DNA of 64,000 nt from an uncultured Gammaproteobacteria bacterium (lineage in GTDB: Bacteria > Patescibacteriota > Microgenomatia > UBA8517). The notes beneath the pieces are model-generated. The model was given only the letters and a program-made list of their open reading frames with translations. It was not told the origin of the DNA and did no database searches. Every line of letters starts with the position of its first letter. Position 1 is the first letter of the stretch. Shown here in pieces: positions 27,407-37,380 of this stretch. Location of the stretch: assembly GCA_964587425.1 (NCBI GenBank), contig CAZPLB010000003.1, positions 60,763-124,762 of the forward strand, given 5' to 3'. The translations under genes and the position numbers were made by a program.

Positions 27407-28020
27407 TGAAATTACCAAAATCCCTGACGAATATTATTGAGTCCTTTGAAAAACTGCCAGGAATTGGTCCCAAAACTGCAGAACGTTTGGGTTTCTACCT
27501 CCTTAGAGTTCCTCAATCCCAACTCGAAGAGTTTGCAGAGAGTTTAACAAACCTTAAAAAACTAACAAAACTCTGCTCCATTTGTAAAAACACAGATGAA
27601 GTTGACCCATGCCACATCTGCAGTGATACCAAAAGAAACAGAGAAGCAATTATGGTGGTTGAAGAACCTCTTGATATTCTTTCTCTTGAAAAATCAGGAA
27701 AGTTTGATGGAACATATCATGTTCTCCATGGTGCCATTAACCCACTTGAGAATATCGGTCCAGATGAACTTTTCATTGAAGCCCTAATTAAAAGAGCTGG
27801 GACAGTGAATGGCCATACAGTAAAGGAAGTAATAATAGCTACAAATCCCACAATGGAAGGGGATGCTACAGCAATGTATATTTCAAAAAGGTTGAAAGAA
27901 AATGTAAAGCATGAATTAAAAGTAAGTAGACTTGGAATGGGAATTCCAACAGGAGCAGACTTAGGTTATGCTGATGAAACTACCCTTAGAGAAGCAATCC
28001 TGGGTAGACGTGAAATGTAA
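27406..28020 (+). CDS. recR: Recombination protein RecR
   Basis: 204 aa; HhH 'LPGIGPKTAERL', Cys4 zinc finger 'CSIC...C..C', Toprim domain. Confidence 0.9.
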   Translation: MKLPKSLTNIIESFEKLPGIGPKTAERLGFYLLRVPQSQLEEFAESLTNLKKLTKLCSICKNTDEVDPCHICSDTKRNREAIMVVEEPLDILSLEKSGKFDGTYHVLHGAINPLENIGPDELFIEALIKRAGTVNGHTVKEVIIATNPTMEGDATAMYISKRLKENVKHELKVSRLGMGIPTGADLGYADETTLREAILGRREM

Positions 28021-28025
28021 AAGAG

Positions 28026-28481
28026 ATGGTACAACTCAAACAAACTGCAAAACAGGCAGCCATAGCTACAGCTAAAATTATTGCCCGTGAAAGTTCAGAA
28101 ACTCTTAAATCAGCAAAAACACAATTTGGAATAGAGTCCACTCCCCAAAAAGCTGAAAAGAAAGAAGAACCAAAATCTCAAGAAGTTGAATTAAACAAAG
28201 CAAAATTAAGAAACCAAAGTGTTCGCCAAGTTCAAGCTTTAGAAAAAGAACTTGAAGATATACAAAGGATGAAGCTTCAGAGAAAACAAGAAGAACTACA
28301 GCAGGAAGAAATGAGAAAACAAGAAGAGGCAAGATCCAAAGAAACTGCAGCACCTGAAATACAAAGCAAAAAAGGAAGACGCATGATGGGGGCAATGAAA
28401 AAAGCAAAGACAACAGTTGTTAATCTTTTCAAGAGTAGAGCACAACAGCAAGTTGAAATGCGCCAACCCCCCTCAAGCTAA
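28026..28481 (+). CDS. Hypothetical K/E/Q-rich coiled-coil protein
   Basis: 151-aa low-complexity charged ORF. Confidence 0.45.
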   Translation: MVQLKQTAKQAAIATAKIIARESSETLKSAKTQFGIESTPQKAEKKEEPKSQEVELNKAKLRNQSVRQVQALEKELEDIQRMKLQRKQEELQQEEMRKQEEARSKETAAPEIQSKKGRRMMGAMKKAKTTVVNLFKSRAQQQVEMRQPPSS

Positions 28482-28565
28482 ATTGAACAGCTATATTATG
28501 GAATATAATCTTCACGAAGATCGTTATGAATAGACAACACATATAGTTTAAGCTAAAATTCACTA

Positions 28566-29963
28566 GTGAAACTATATAACTCCCTCACAAAAAAAGTAGA
28601 AGTCTTTGAACCCATTAACCCTCCAAATGTTGGAATGTATACCTGCGGCATTACAGCATATGATTATGCCCATATAGGCCACGGTAGGAAATATACCATG
28701 GATGATATTTTACGACGCAGTCTGGTTTATCAAGGATATAAAGTTAATCACGTTCAAAATGTAACTGATGTAGGGCATTTGAGTTCAGATTCAGATGCAG
28801 GTGAAGACAAACTTGAAAAAGGAGCAGTAAAGCAGGGCAAAACAGTTTGGGAAGTTGCAGAATTCTTTACCGAAAACTTCTACGAGCAAATGGACAAACT
28901 TAACATTTTGCGACCAACTGTAATTTGCAAAGCTACAGATAATATCCCAGAACAAATTGAATTAATTAAAAAAATAATTGCAAATGGTTATGGGTATGAC
29001 ACTCCTGAAGCAGTTTACTTTGATACTCAGAAATTCAAAGGATATGGAGAATTGTTTGGGCAAAAGCTTGAAGAAAAACAAATTGGAGTTCGAGAGGAAG
29101 TTCAAACTGATGAAAACAAAAAGCACCCCGCAGACTTTGCACTATGGTTCAAGCGCGTTGGAAGATTTGCTGACCACACCATGCACTGGAATAGCCCATG
29201 GGGAGATGGGTTTCCGGGTTGGCATATAGAGTGTTCTGCAATGAGCATAAAATATTTAGGTGAACAGTTTGATATCCACACTGGTGGAGAAGACCATCTT
29301 CCCATTCATCACCCCAATGAAATAGCACAATCAGAGGCGGGAACGGGCAAGCATCCATTTGTGAAGTATTGGCTGCATTATGCATTTTTAACTGTAGATG
29401 GAGTAAAGATGAGTAAAAGCCTTGGAAATTTCTATACTGTTGATGATGTAATCAAAAAGGGCGTTAATCCACTAGCCCTCAGATACTTTTACCTTTCTGC
29501 CCACTACAAAAAACCTCTGAACTTTACTTTTGAAGCATTGGAAGGTGCCCAAAACGCTCTCGGAAGACTCAAAAGTACCCTCTCTGAATTAAAAAAAGAA
29601 AAAGAAAGAAACGTTCTCTCTCCAGAAAAAGAAAAAAAGATAGATTTATATAGACAGAAATTCACAGATGCCATTTCAAACGACTTAAATACTCCAGAAG
29701 CTCTCGCTGTAGTTTGGGAAGTAGTAAAAAGCAACATCCCAAGCCTAGATAAATACGACCTTATAATTAGTTTTGATGAAGTTTTGGGTTTAAAGTTAAA
29801 CGAAGAAGAAACTAGCGAGAAACCTGTAGTTACAAAAGAAATGGAAGAGTTAATTAAACAAAGAGAAAACTTCAGAAAAGAAGGGAAGTATGAAGAAGCT
29901 GACAAGATTAGGGAAGAGTTAATGAATTTGGGATATACTGTAAAAGATGCCCCAGCCAAATAG
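28566..29963 (+). CDS. cysS: Cysteinyl-tRNA synthetase
   Basis: 465 aa; class-I 'HIGH' (AHIGHGRK) and 'KMSKS' (KMSKSLGN); Cys/His zinc ligands present. Confidence 0.9.
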   Translation: MKLYNSLTKKVEVFEPINPPNVGMYTCGITAYDYAHIGHGRKYTMDDILRRSLVYQGYKVNHVQNVTDVGHLSSDSDAGEDKLEKGAVKQGKTVWEVAEFFTENFYEQMDKLNILRPTVICKATDNIPEQIELIKKIIANGYGYDTPEAVYFDTQKFKGYGELFGQKLEEKQIGVREEVQTDENKKHPADFALWFKRVGRFADHTMHWNSPWGDGFPGWHIECSAMSIKYLGEQFDIHTGGEDHLPIHHPNEIAQSEAGTGKHPFVKYWLHYAFLTVDGVKMSKSLGNFYTVDDVIKKGVNPLALRYFYLSAHYKKPLNFTFEALEGAQNALGRLKSTLSELKKEKERNVLSPEKEKKIDLYRQKFTDAISNDLNTPEALAVVWEVVKSNIPSLDKYDLIISFDEVLGLKLNEEETSEKPVVTKEMEELIKQRENFRKEGKYEEADKIREELMNLGYTVKDAPAK

Positions 29964-30582
29964 CCAAAGACCAATCTACATCATTTTAATTCTCGCAATT
30001 ATCATTTCCATTGGCGGATTAGTATTTTCCCAGATGCAGCTTTCCCAGTTAAAGGAAGAAGTGTTTGTATTAACAAATTCGCCGTATAACCAATATGTTT
30101 CACCAACTCCATATGAACCTCAAATATCCATAACTCCAACCCCAAATGCACTGCCAGCAACCCCAACACCAACTCCAAAACCAACCGCAACTCCATTAGC
30201 TGTATCTCAATTCCCAAAAACTGTTTACGTACCCTTAGGTGGAGGAGGAAATACCCAAGCAACAGACTGGGTAGATGTTCCAAATGATGAGGTATGGCTT
30301 GATTTTGGTTCAGAATTTGGAAGTAAGGCCAAAGCAGTTTTTGAAGGAATCTTGAGAGTAGACAATGCAAATGGAACTGCATATGCAAGACTCATAGATG
30401 CAACTCATGGCATTGCAGTTAATGGTTCAGAAATAAGTTTGGAGAATAATTCACAGTTTAGTTTGAGTGTTTCGGGAAACCTTACTTTCTGGGCTGGGAA
30501 GAATTTGTATAAAGTTCAAATCAAATCTCTAAATTCCTCAACAATATATCTTGATTCAGCAAGGATTAAAGTAAGCTATTGA
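29947..30582 (+). CDS. Membrane-anchored protein with Pro/Thr-rich linker and extracytoplasmic beta-rich domain
   Basis: 211 aa; TM helix 'IYIILILAIIISIGGLVF', then 'TPTPNALPATPTPTPKPTATP' linker; globular C-terminal domain unassigned. Confidence 0.5.
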   Translation: MPQPNSQRPIYIILILAIIISIGGLVFSQMQLSQLKEEVFVLTNSPYNQYVSPTPYEPQISITPTPNALPATPTPTPKPTATPLAVSQFPKTVYVPLGGGGNTQATDWVDVPNDEVWLDFGSEFGSKAKAVFEGILRVDNANGTAYARLIDATHGIAVNGSEISLENNSQFSLSVSGNLTFWAGKNLYKVQIKSLNSSTIYLDSARIKVSY

Positions 30583-30615
30583 TTACGAATATCTAGTCTA
30601 GTAGAATACCTACAC

Positions 30616-32697
30616 TTGATGGAACTCTATCCAATTAGGTATAAATCTCCGATTTTAGATGCCAATGGGCAAATACAGGACTTTCATGAAGTTGAAGTTT
30701 ATCCAACCTCTCTAACTGATAGAGTGATAGCTTCGCAATCTCCAATAGAACAAGAAAGATTAGTAAGAAAACAGCTCACTTATCAAAGAGAATCAGTGGC
30801 AAATTTTGTGGGATTAGAAAAAGATGTAGAAATTACTTCGACAACACTCCATCTTGCCGAGTTAGCACTGGATCTAGAGGCAAGATCTTTCCACACAAAC
30901 TATTTAAAAGCACGTTATGGAGAAGCACGAAGTATTTACGAAACTGACAAGAAAGTACTGAAAGGTAAGAGGAAATACAATAGGGTGGAACAATGGCAAA
31001 AAGAAAAAAATACATGGGAACAGATTATTGATGATGCCAAGATTTTGGAGGGCTGCATTGCCAATATTATTGTAAAAGATTTTTTTTTGACAGAAGGTGG
31101 CATAGGACAACTCGAAATAGCAATTGAAGAGATCAGAGAAAGTGCCCCTGAATCTATAGAGAATATAAGAAAACTGTTGGGTTTCGCATCAGAGTCTCTA
31201 GGAGAAACTAGAATAATAAAAGACCCATCTGGATTTAGATATAAAACTCAAGATGGACAAACAATTACATCCCAGACAGATGGTGTATTAAAATCGATTA
31301 CGGAAAGAGCGTTTGACCCTCAAGAGAAGGATCCTGTATCTAATGGAATAAGTGAAATCTCACAAGAAATCTTAGAGTTCTACTGGAAAAACGCCACAAG
31401 TGTATTAGATAAGTCGGAATATCCTCTAATTTCAATCACATACGATATTCTTTACTCTGCAAGTGATACGTTTAACCCCGAACTTTTTACACTTTGCATG
31501 ACTTGGTTAAACAGCAAAATTAATTCTCACAAAAATCGCTACTCCACCGAGTTCAATCTTTTCGTGGACCATTGTTTTCAGGATTTTTTGAAACAAACCA
31601 GGACTACCCTGCATTCAAATTTAAGATTCAGACCTGATATTTCCGAGGAACAAAAAATCCTAGAAGGTATACAAACTGTTCAAAGTTTTTGGGTATTTAC
31701 TCAAAACAAAAAGGGTGTGTTTGTAGTCAGTGGAGACGAAAACAGATTTAAATCACTTAGCGACGACGAACAGAGAGTGCTTACTCAATTAATAGATCAC
31801 TCTGCTTTTACTGCATATTTAATGGATTCCGTCACATCAAATGTCAGCTCATTCCTGCCAGAACATATGATAAATAATAGGTTGCTTGAATTAAATTTAC
31901 TATCAGCCGCATTGAGGGATTATGAAGAAGCTGGATTATTGAGACACATTTTAAATAAAGACGAATTAATAGAAGAAGGCAACTTAACGAATCTTTTTGG
32001 AACTAAAACCAATAAGATGGAGCCCAAAAATTACATTGTTAGGCACAAAGAATTACAAGATCAATATAAAAATATTAGGGATAACTATCAATATTTTATT
32101 GCTCTTAATGGCGACCAGTTTATTGCACAGTATGACGAAGACCTAAGAATAAATGGTGTGCAAAGTATTACTTTTTTTTCAATTCACAGCAGACCACAGA
32201 GCCACAAGGTTATTATTCGCACAAACGAAGTATCTGCCACATTTTATATCAGTGAAAACGGTAATCTCATGCACCCTTCAGGAAAACAAACAAGATTACC
32301 ACTTTATGTTGTAAACAAGATTACAAATATTATTTTCTCCAGACTCGAATACATAACGAGCGGGGAAGCATTTCGTGGACAAAATGAAAACGGAGACACA
32401 ATAGAAAGAGAGGATAAACAGGCAAGATTAATACTCGCACGAAGATCTCATTGGAGGAAGTTGCCAGGAGATAGATACACACTTGAATCTAAAACCGCAA
32501 AAGAACATATACAAGAGGTGTTCGAAGATTACGGTATCAGTACCTGGCAGGAAATCCTAAGGAGAAGAGTAAAAGGAACTTTATCCCCTCAAGAAGTAAT
32601 GACTTATGTCAAAACGGTCCTAAAACCAGGAGCCGAACCAAATATTATAAAATATGAACCAAATTCAAAAGTTGCAACTTCCCAGTCTAACTTGTAA
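30616..32697 (+). CDS. Large orphan cytoplasmic protein (693 aa)
   Basis: Uninterrupted 693-aa ORF with no TM segments and no recognisable motifs. Confidence 0.55.
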   Translation: MMELYPIRYKSPILDANGQIQDFHEVEVYPTSLTDRVIASQSPIEQERLVRKQLTYQRESVANFVGLEKDVEITSTTLHLAELALDLEARSFHTNYLKARYGEARSIYETDKKVLKGKRKYNRVEQWQKEKNTWEQIIDDAKILEGCIANIIVKDFFLTEGGIGQLEIAIEEIRESAPESIENIRKLLGFASESLGETRIIKDPSGFRYKTQDGQTITSQTDGVLKSITERAFDPQEKDPVSNGISEISQEILEFYWKNATSVLDKSEYPLISITYDILYSASDTFNPELFTLCMTWLNSKINSHKNRYSTEFNLFVDHCFQDFLKQTRTTLHSNLRFRPDISEEQKILEGIQTVQSFWVFTQNKKGVFVVSGDENRFKSLSDDEQRVLTQLIDHSAFTAYLMDSVTSNVSSFLPEHMINNRLLELNLLSAALRDYEEAGLLRHILNKDELIEEGNLTNLFGTKTNKMEPKNYIVRHKELQDQYKNIRDNYQYFIALNGDQFIAQYDEDLRINGVQSITFFSIHSRPQSHKVIIRTNEVSATFYISENGNLMHPSGKQTRLPLYVVNKITNIIFSRLEYITSGEAFRGQNENGDTIEREDKQARLILARRSHWRKLPGDRYTLESKTAKEHIQEVFEDYGISTWQEILRRRVKGTLSPQEVMTYVKTVLKPGAEPNIIKYEPNSKVATSQSNL

Positions 32698-32706
32698 AGT
32701 TAAAGC

Positions 32707-33510
32707 ATGAGAAAGATATTCTTAATCCTAGTATTCACTTTTTTAACACTAGGTACCTTCAAAAGCGTAAAAGCCCAAACCTTTGACTATAATCGTGCAT
32801 ACCAGGATTATGTATATAACCTTAGTCTCTACCAGAAAGCACACACTGATTACCAACTGGCAAGAGCTGCGTACCTGCAGTCCCAAACTTCAGGAACAAC
32901 AGGAGATGCAGTTAAAGCAACACGTACTATGCTTGAGGCCAGAGATAGTGTAGTAATCACATATCTTACAGCTATTCGTATGAAGCTTCTTGAAACAAAA
33001 GGAGTAAGTGATTCTGAAAAATCAGGTTACTTCACCCAAATTGATACAGAAGTATCATGGTGGGGAAGCCACAAAGCAAGGTTAGAGAGTGCCGGAAGCC
33101 TAGATGACTTAGTATCCGATTCAGATGAAGCAAAAGATCACTTTGGACCAGCAAAGATATTAATGTATCAAACATTAATTGAAATTGGAGTAAGTGAAAC
33201 AACATATCAAAGAACTGCAATGAAATCAGTAATTGATCTTTTAAATCAAAAAATTGCAGAAATACGCTTGAATGGTGACAAAGACACCACCTCAATTGAA
33301 AGATTTTTAGTTGAAGTAAATAATAAACTAAGTAGAAGTGAAGTGAAAGAAGGAGAGGCTAAAAACATAGTTAGTTCCATAAAACCAACAACCCAGGACA
33401 CATCAAGCGCTTTCCAAACTGCAGTATCAGATGTTGAAGATTCTCTTTTGTACCTGAAGGAAGCAAACAAGAATTTGAAAGAAATTGTAACTCAGATAAA
33501 AACAAACTAA
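32707..33510 (+). CDS. Secreted alpha-helical hypothetical protein
   Basis: 267 aa; cleavable-looking signal peptide 'MRKIFLILVFTFLTLGTFKSVKA|Q'. Confidence 0.5.
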   Translation: MRKIFLILVFTFLTLGTFKSVKAQTFDYNRAYQDYVYNLSLYQKAHTDYQLARAAYLQSQTSGTTGDAVKATRTMLEARDSVVITYLTAIRMKLLETKGVSDSEKSGYFTQIDTEVSWWGSHKARLESAGSLDDLVSDSDEAKDHFGPAKILMYQTLIEIGVSETTYQRTAMKSVIDLLNQKIAEIRLNGDKDTTSIERFLVEVNNKLSRSEVKEGEAKNIVSSIKPTTQDTSSAFQTAVSDVEDSLLYLKEANKNLKEIVTQIKTN

Positions 33511-33514
33511 AAAT

Positions 33515-33985
33515 ATGCCAGACATTTTAAACCAAAATACAACACCAGTTCCACCATCAGCGCCAATTGTGCCTCCTGTAAAGCCGAAATTGACACTTGC
33601 CTTACCTCAAGGCGTAAAAAACATAGCCTCAGACAAGTTAGTTGTAGTAAAACAGAAACTAAATGGATTAGATCCAAAAAGAAAAAAGATTGTTATAGGT
33701 ATTGGAGTTCTTTTTGCAGTTATATTCCTTCTCCTTCTTTTAAATATAGTGGCAGCCATGTTCAGGCGTCCATCAGCCCCAGCACCATCTCCAACTCCGG
33801 TGAATACCAATCAAGGGAGTCCTAATCCAATCATAATCACAAATCCAAGCCGTTATGCAACAGATGAAGGAGTATTAAAAATTGAAAGTAATTTAAATGA
33901 GATAGAGAAGAGTCTTAATGCTATTAATCCTCAGCATCCAGAAATTGCTGTTCCAGACCTGGATTACAACATTAAATTTCAGTAA
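33515..33985 (+). CDS. Membrane-anchored hypothetical protein with Pro-rich linker
   Basis: 156 aa; TM 'IVIGIGVLFAVIFLLLLLNIVAAMF', then a 'PSAPAPSPTP' linker. Confidence 0.45.
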   Translation: MPDILNQNTTPVPPSAPIVPPVKPKLTLALPQGVKNIASDKLVVVKQKLNGLDPKRKKIVIGIGVLFAVIFLLLLLNIVAAMFRRPSAPAPSPTPVNTNQGSPNPIIITNPSRYATDEGVLKIESNLNEIEKSLNAINPQHPEIAVPDLDYNIKFQ

Positions 33986-34005
33986 ATATAAAGTCTCCAA
34001 CGGGA

Positions 34006-34377
34006 TCAAAAACTAATCTTCTTGAGGTTAAAAGCTGGTACTTCTTCCCTTGGCTCAGAATAGTTATTTGTAGGCGTAGTATGGTTCTTGATAATGAGCC
34101 CAATACTATCTATCTGAGGGAATGTTTTTCTAATTTCTTCCTGAAATTTCCCAGCCAAACCACCGGAATAGCTGCCATATCCATTGGCCTCGCTTCGTCC
34201 GCACAGTTTATCTTCCCAAGTTCGAATTACAGACTGTATCTTCTCACCAATTTTATTAAACTCAGTCTGAAGATTTTCAGGGTTCAGTGCATATTCATCG
34301 TGAATCTTTTTGAATTCATCAAAAAGATCTTTATTGTTTGTAAGCATTAACTCGTAATACTCTTTATATTTTGTCAT
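34006..34377 (-). CDS. Hypothetical protein
   Basis: 123-aa ORF with no domain recognised. Confidence 0.4.
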   Translation of the reverse strand: MTKYKEYYELMLTNNKDLFDEFKKIHDEYALNPENLQTEFNKIGEKIQSVIRTWEDKLCGRSEANGYGSYSGGLAGKFQEEIRKTFPQIDSIGLIIKNHTTPTNNYSEPREEVPAFNLKKISF

Positions 34378-34429
34378 AAAATCTCAAGCTATGCTTATAC
34401 TTAGTCACTTGAAAATGATATTTGAAAAT

Positions 34430-35506
34430 TCAAGATGTAGCAAGTAGTTTTTTAATTGCCCGAGCTATCTTGTCAGAATCATGGCGTGCCAAACTTCTTG
34501 TTAATTTATCACTTTTTGGTTTTTCGTAAATTACATCCGAAATTAAGTTGCGCCTGCTTATCTTCATTTTTTTATATTTACTGTCCAAATCATCAATAAC
34601 AGGTTCCGATAATTCCTCTCTGTATTTTCTTAAAATCTTTGGAGGAATATTAATAGAATTGTTAATTAGACAGTAATTAACTCTATCTTTGCCAATATAT
34701 TTCTCGACTTCAGAAATAAAATCACTTGCCTTAAATTTTCCAGTTTGTCCAAACTTGGTCATAAGATTCATTACATAGATAACCTTTGCTTTAGATTTCT
34801 GTATTGCTTGGGCAATTCCATCAACCACAACATTGGAAAGAGTACTAGTGTAAAGATCTCCAGGACCCAATATTATGAGATCAGCAACTTTTATCTCATT
34901 TAGTGCTTCCTTGTTTGCTTCAACCTGCGGAATCACCTCCAAATTCACAATTCTATACTTCCCCTGCTTCCTATTAATTTCATCTATAGCGTGCTCGCCA
35001 AGAATCTGTTTCCCATTCTCATAGCGTGCAACTAGGTTAGTTTTTTCAAATGTGACAGGAATAACTTTTCCTTTTACTTCAAAAATCTTGCATGTTTCCT
35101 CAATTGCCTTTTCCTGATCACCACCATAAATATCACTCAATGCTGCCATGAATAAGTTTCCAAAAGTCATCCCAGAGATTCCAGTTCCAGAACTATACCT
35201 GTATGTAAAAAGTTTCCTCAAAACCTCATCTGATTCATTCGAAGCAAGCGCCAGAATACATTGCCTAACATCAGAAGTGGGGAGTAATCCAAACTCATCT
35301 CGTATAACTCTGTTGCTCCCTCCATCATCCATCATGGAAACAATAACACTTAAATCAAATTCAGGATATTTTTTTAAACCACTCAAAACTGTGAAGGTTC
35401 CAGTTCCACCGCCAATTGTAACCACCTTCAACTTTCTCAAGGTAAATATAAGTATAGCAATCAAGTCAATATATCTGGTAAAATACAAGTCCATGTTTAA
35501 AAACAA
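34430..35506 (-). CDS. yvcK: YvcK/CofD-like gluconeogenesis-factor family protein (UPF0052); true start probably downstream of 35506
   Basis: 'LKVVTIGGGTGTFTVLSGLKKY...VIVSMMDDGGSNRVIRDEFGLLPTSDVRQCILALAS' matches the YvcK/CofD signature. The annotated start would overlap the divergent MFS start, so it likely uses a later (possibly non-ATG) start. Confidence 0.7.
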   Translation of the reverse strand: MFLNMDLYFTRYIDLIAILIFTLRKLKVVTIGGGTGTFTVLSGLKKYPEFDLSVIVSMMDDGGSNRVIRDEFGLLPTSDVRQCILALASNESDEVLRKLFTYRYSSGTGISGMTFGNLFMAALSDIYGGDQEKAIEETCKIFEVKGKVIPVTFEKTNLVARYENGKQILGEHAIDEINRKQGKYRIVNLEVIPQVEANKEALNEIKVADLIILGPGDLYTSTLSNVVVDGIAQAIQKSKAKVIYVMNLMTKFGQTGKFKASDFISEVEKYIGKDRVNYCLINNSINIPPKILRKYREELSEPVIDDLDSKYKKMKISRRNLISDVIYEKPKSDKLTRSLARHDSDKIARAIKKLLATS

Positions 35507-36674
35507 TAAAAACCTACTTGTGATCTCAATTATTGCTGTTGTTAACGCTCTTGGCTATGGAATTATTATTCCAATTCTGTATTCGTACTCTCAAAAGTTT
35601 GGTCTTTCTGACTTTCAAAATGGACTCCTCTTTGCCTCATTTTCCTTGTGTCAATTCATATCAACACCAGTTATTGGAAGACTATCTGATAAATATGGAA
35701 GAAGACCTCTCTTAATTATCTCACTCCTTGGAACAGTTGGTTCGTTTTTGATGATGGCCTTTGCACCGAGTGCTATATTTCTATTTTTAGCCCGTGCCCT
35801 TGATGGACTAACTGCAGGCAATATTCCTGTAGCTATGGCAGTAATCTCAGACACCACAAAACCGGAGGACAGAGCAAAAGGGTTCGGTTTAATTGGAGCT
35901 GCTTTCGGTTTTGGCTTCGTAGCAGGCCCTGCAATTTCAGCGCTGACAGTAGGGTTGGGTACAGCTGTGCCATTTCTTATAGCAGCTGCAATCACAATAA
36001 TTGCTGTGATTTTAACAGCTGTGATACTGCCGGAGACTAATAAAAATATGGGTGAAGTAAAACACACCAAAATGTTTGATTTTCCAAAACTGGCAAAAGC
36101 AATTTTTGATGAAAATGTCGGTAAAACACTTCTTGTATCTCTTATTTTTTCAATTGCCTTCGGTTTGCTGATATACGCATATCAGCCATTCTCGGTGAAG
36201 ATATTAGGTTTAGATGCAAGGCACATTGCTCTTAACTTTACAATCTTTGGCATTGTTGGATTAATTGCCCAAGCATTAATTATTCCCAAAACTGTTGGAA
36301 AAATAGAGGACAAAAAGATTCTAGTTGGCGCTTTGATGTTTTCAGTCCTTGCCTTCTTTGGTCTTTTTGTTGCCAGAAGTTATGCTGTTTTCATACTTTT
36401 TTCAATGTTCGTTTCTTTGTCTAACGCATTTGTAAATCCAATCATAGGAACACTTCTCTCAAAAGAAACTGACGAAAAGTCACAAGGGGAAATGATGGGA
36501 GTAAACGCAAGTTATGTAAGTATCGGTACAATTGTTGGACCAATCCTGGGTGGAGCACTGGCAACGCTTTCTATTCCAATGCCTTTTCTAGGAGGAAGTC
36601 TTTTTGCAGTATTGTGTGTAGTTTTTGCATACCAAATCTTCAAGAAGCCTGCAAAAGTAGTTAGTTTGGAGTAA
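35493..36674 (+). CDS. MFS transporter
   Basis: 394 aa from the ATG at 35493 (the longer ORF from 35148 overlaps yvcK and is rejected); 12 TM; MFS motif 'GRLSDKYGRRPLL'. Confidence 0.75.
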   Translation: MFKNNKNLLVISIIAVVNALGYGIIIPILYSYSQKFGLSDFQNGLLFASFSLCQFISTPVIGRLSDKYGRRPLLIISLLGTVGSFLMMAFAPSAIFLFLARALDGLTAGNIPVAMAVISDTTKPEDRAKGFGLIGAAFGFGFVAGPAISALTVGLGTAVPFLIAAAITIIAVILTAVILPETNKNMGEVKHTKMFDFPKLAKAIFDENVGKTLLVSLIFSIAFGLLIYAYQPFSVKILGLDARHIALNFTIFGIVGLIAQALIIPKTVGKIEDKKILVGALMFSVLAFFGLFVARSYAVFILFSMFVSLSNAFVNPIIGTLLSKETDEKSQGEMMGVNASYVSIGTIVGPILGGALATLSIPMPFLGGSLFAVLCVVFAYQIFKKPAKVVSLE

Positions 36675-36688
36675 ACTGCACTTCACTT

Positions 36689-37366
36689 ATGCCGTCTATA
36701 GAGAACTTAGGCCAAAGGTTGCTTGATGCCACCCAAGAGTCATTCAACAAAGGGAGTGTGGCTCCATTTGCCTTGAATAGATTCACCGCAGGAATGATTT
36801 ATTACACCGATGCATCAGATATTTTCAAAGTTGACAGGAAAACAAGAATTGAAACAAAAAAAAGAATAGAAGAGTTGATGAGGGATTATTCTGAAAATAT
36901 ATATTGTCATAGAACACTGGTTGCAGACGGAATACATGTAGTAATCTTCTCTCAGGATTTATTACCAAGACGCATTAACGGTACTCCATTTATTTTGAAC
37001 ATAATTGCCGGAGGAAGTTTTTCAAGCCATGTAAGTGATGACCTCAACGGTTTTGCAAGAATTATTAGTTTTCCCATAGATGAGAATACAGCGAAGTCTG
37101 TTAAATATTTCCTGGATAGAAGTAGTTCACATACATCTGCCACAAAAAGACATTTTCCAGAAGATAAGTGGGAAGGAATGATTGAATCATTAATAGACCT
37201 TCGTCTAGAACTTGAAAAGGCAGGGCTACCGCTATTTCCAAGTCTAAGTAGATCTTCACTCAGAAGTTCGGCAGCCTATTTACCAATGCCATCTGAACAA
37301 AAGGCATATCGGAAATGGTTTTCCATGGAATCAAAGCGTTTGATGGAATGGTTTGATTCAAGATGA
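36689..37366 (+). CDS. Hypothetical protein
   Basis: 225-aa ORF with no domain recognised. Confidence 0.45.
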   Translation: MPSIENLGQRLLDATQESFNKGSVAPFALNRFTAGMIYYTDASDIFKVDRKTRIETKKRIEELMRDYSENIYCHRTLVADGIHVVIFSQDLLPRRINGTPFILNIIAGGSFSSHVSDDLNGFARIISFPIDENTAKSVKYFLDRSSSHTSATKRHFPEDKWEGMIESLIDLRLELEKAGLPLFPSLSRSSLRSSAAYLPMPSEQKAYRKWFSMESKRLMEWFDSR

Positions 37367-37380
37367 TATTATGAATAGTA

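Noticed and set aside
35148-35492. N-terminal 115-aa extension of the MFS transporter ORF
   Set aside because: It overlaps the divergent yvcK gene on the other strand and has no membrane or MFS character. The MFS signature starts at the internal ATG at 35493.
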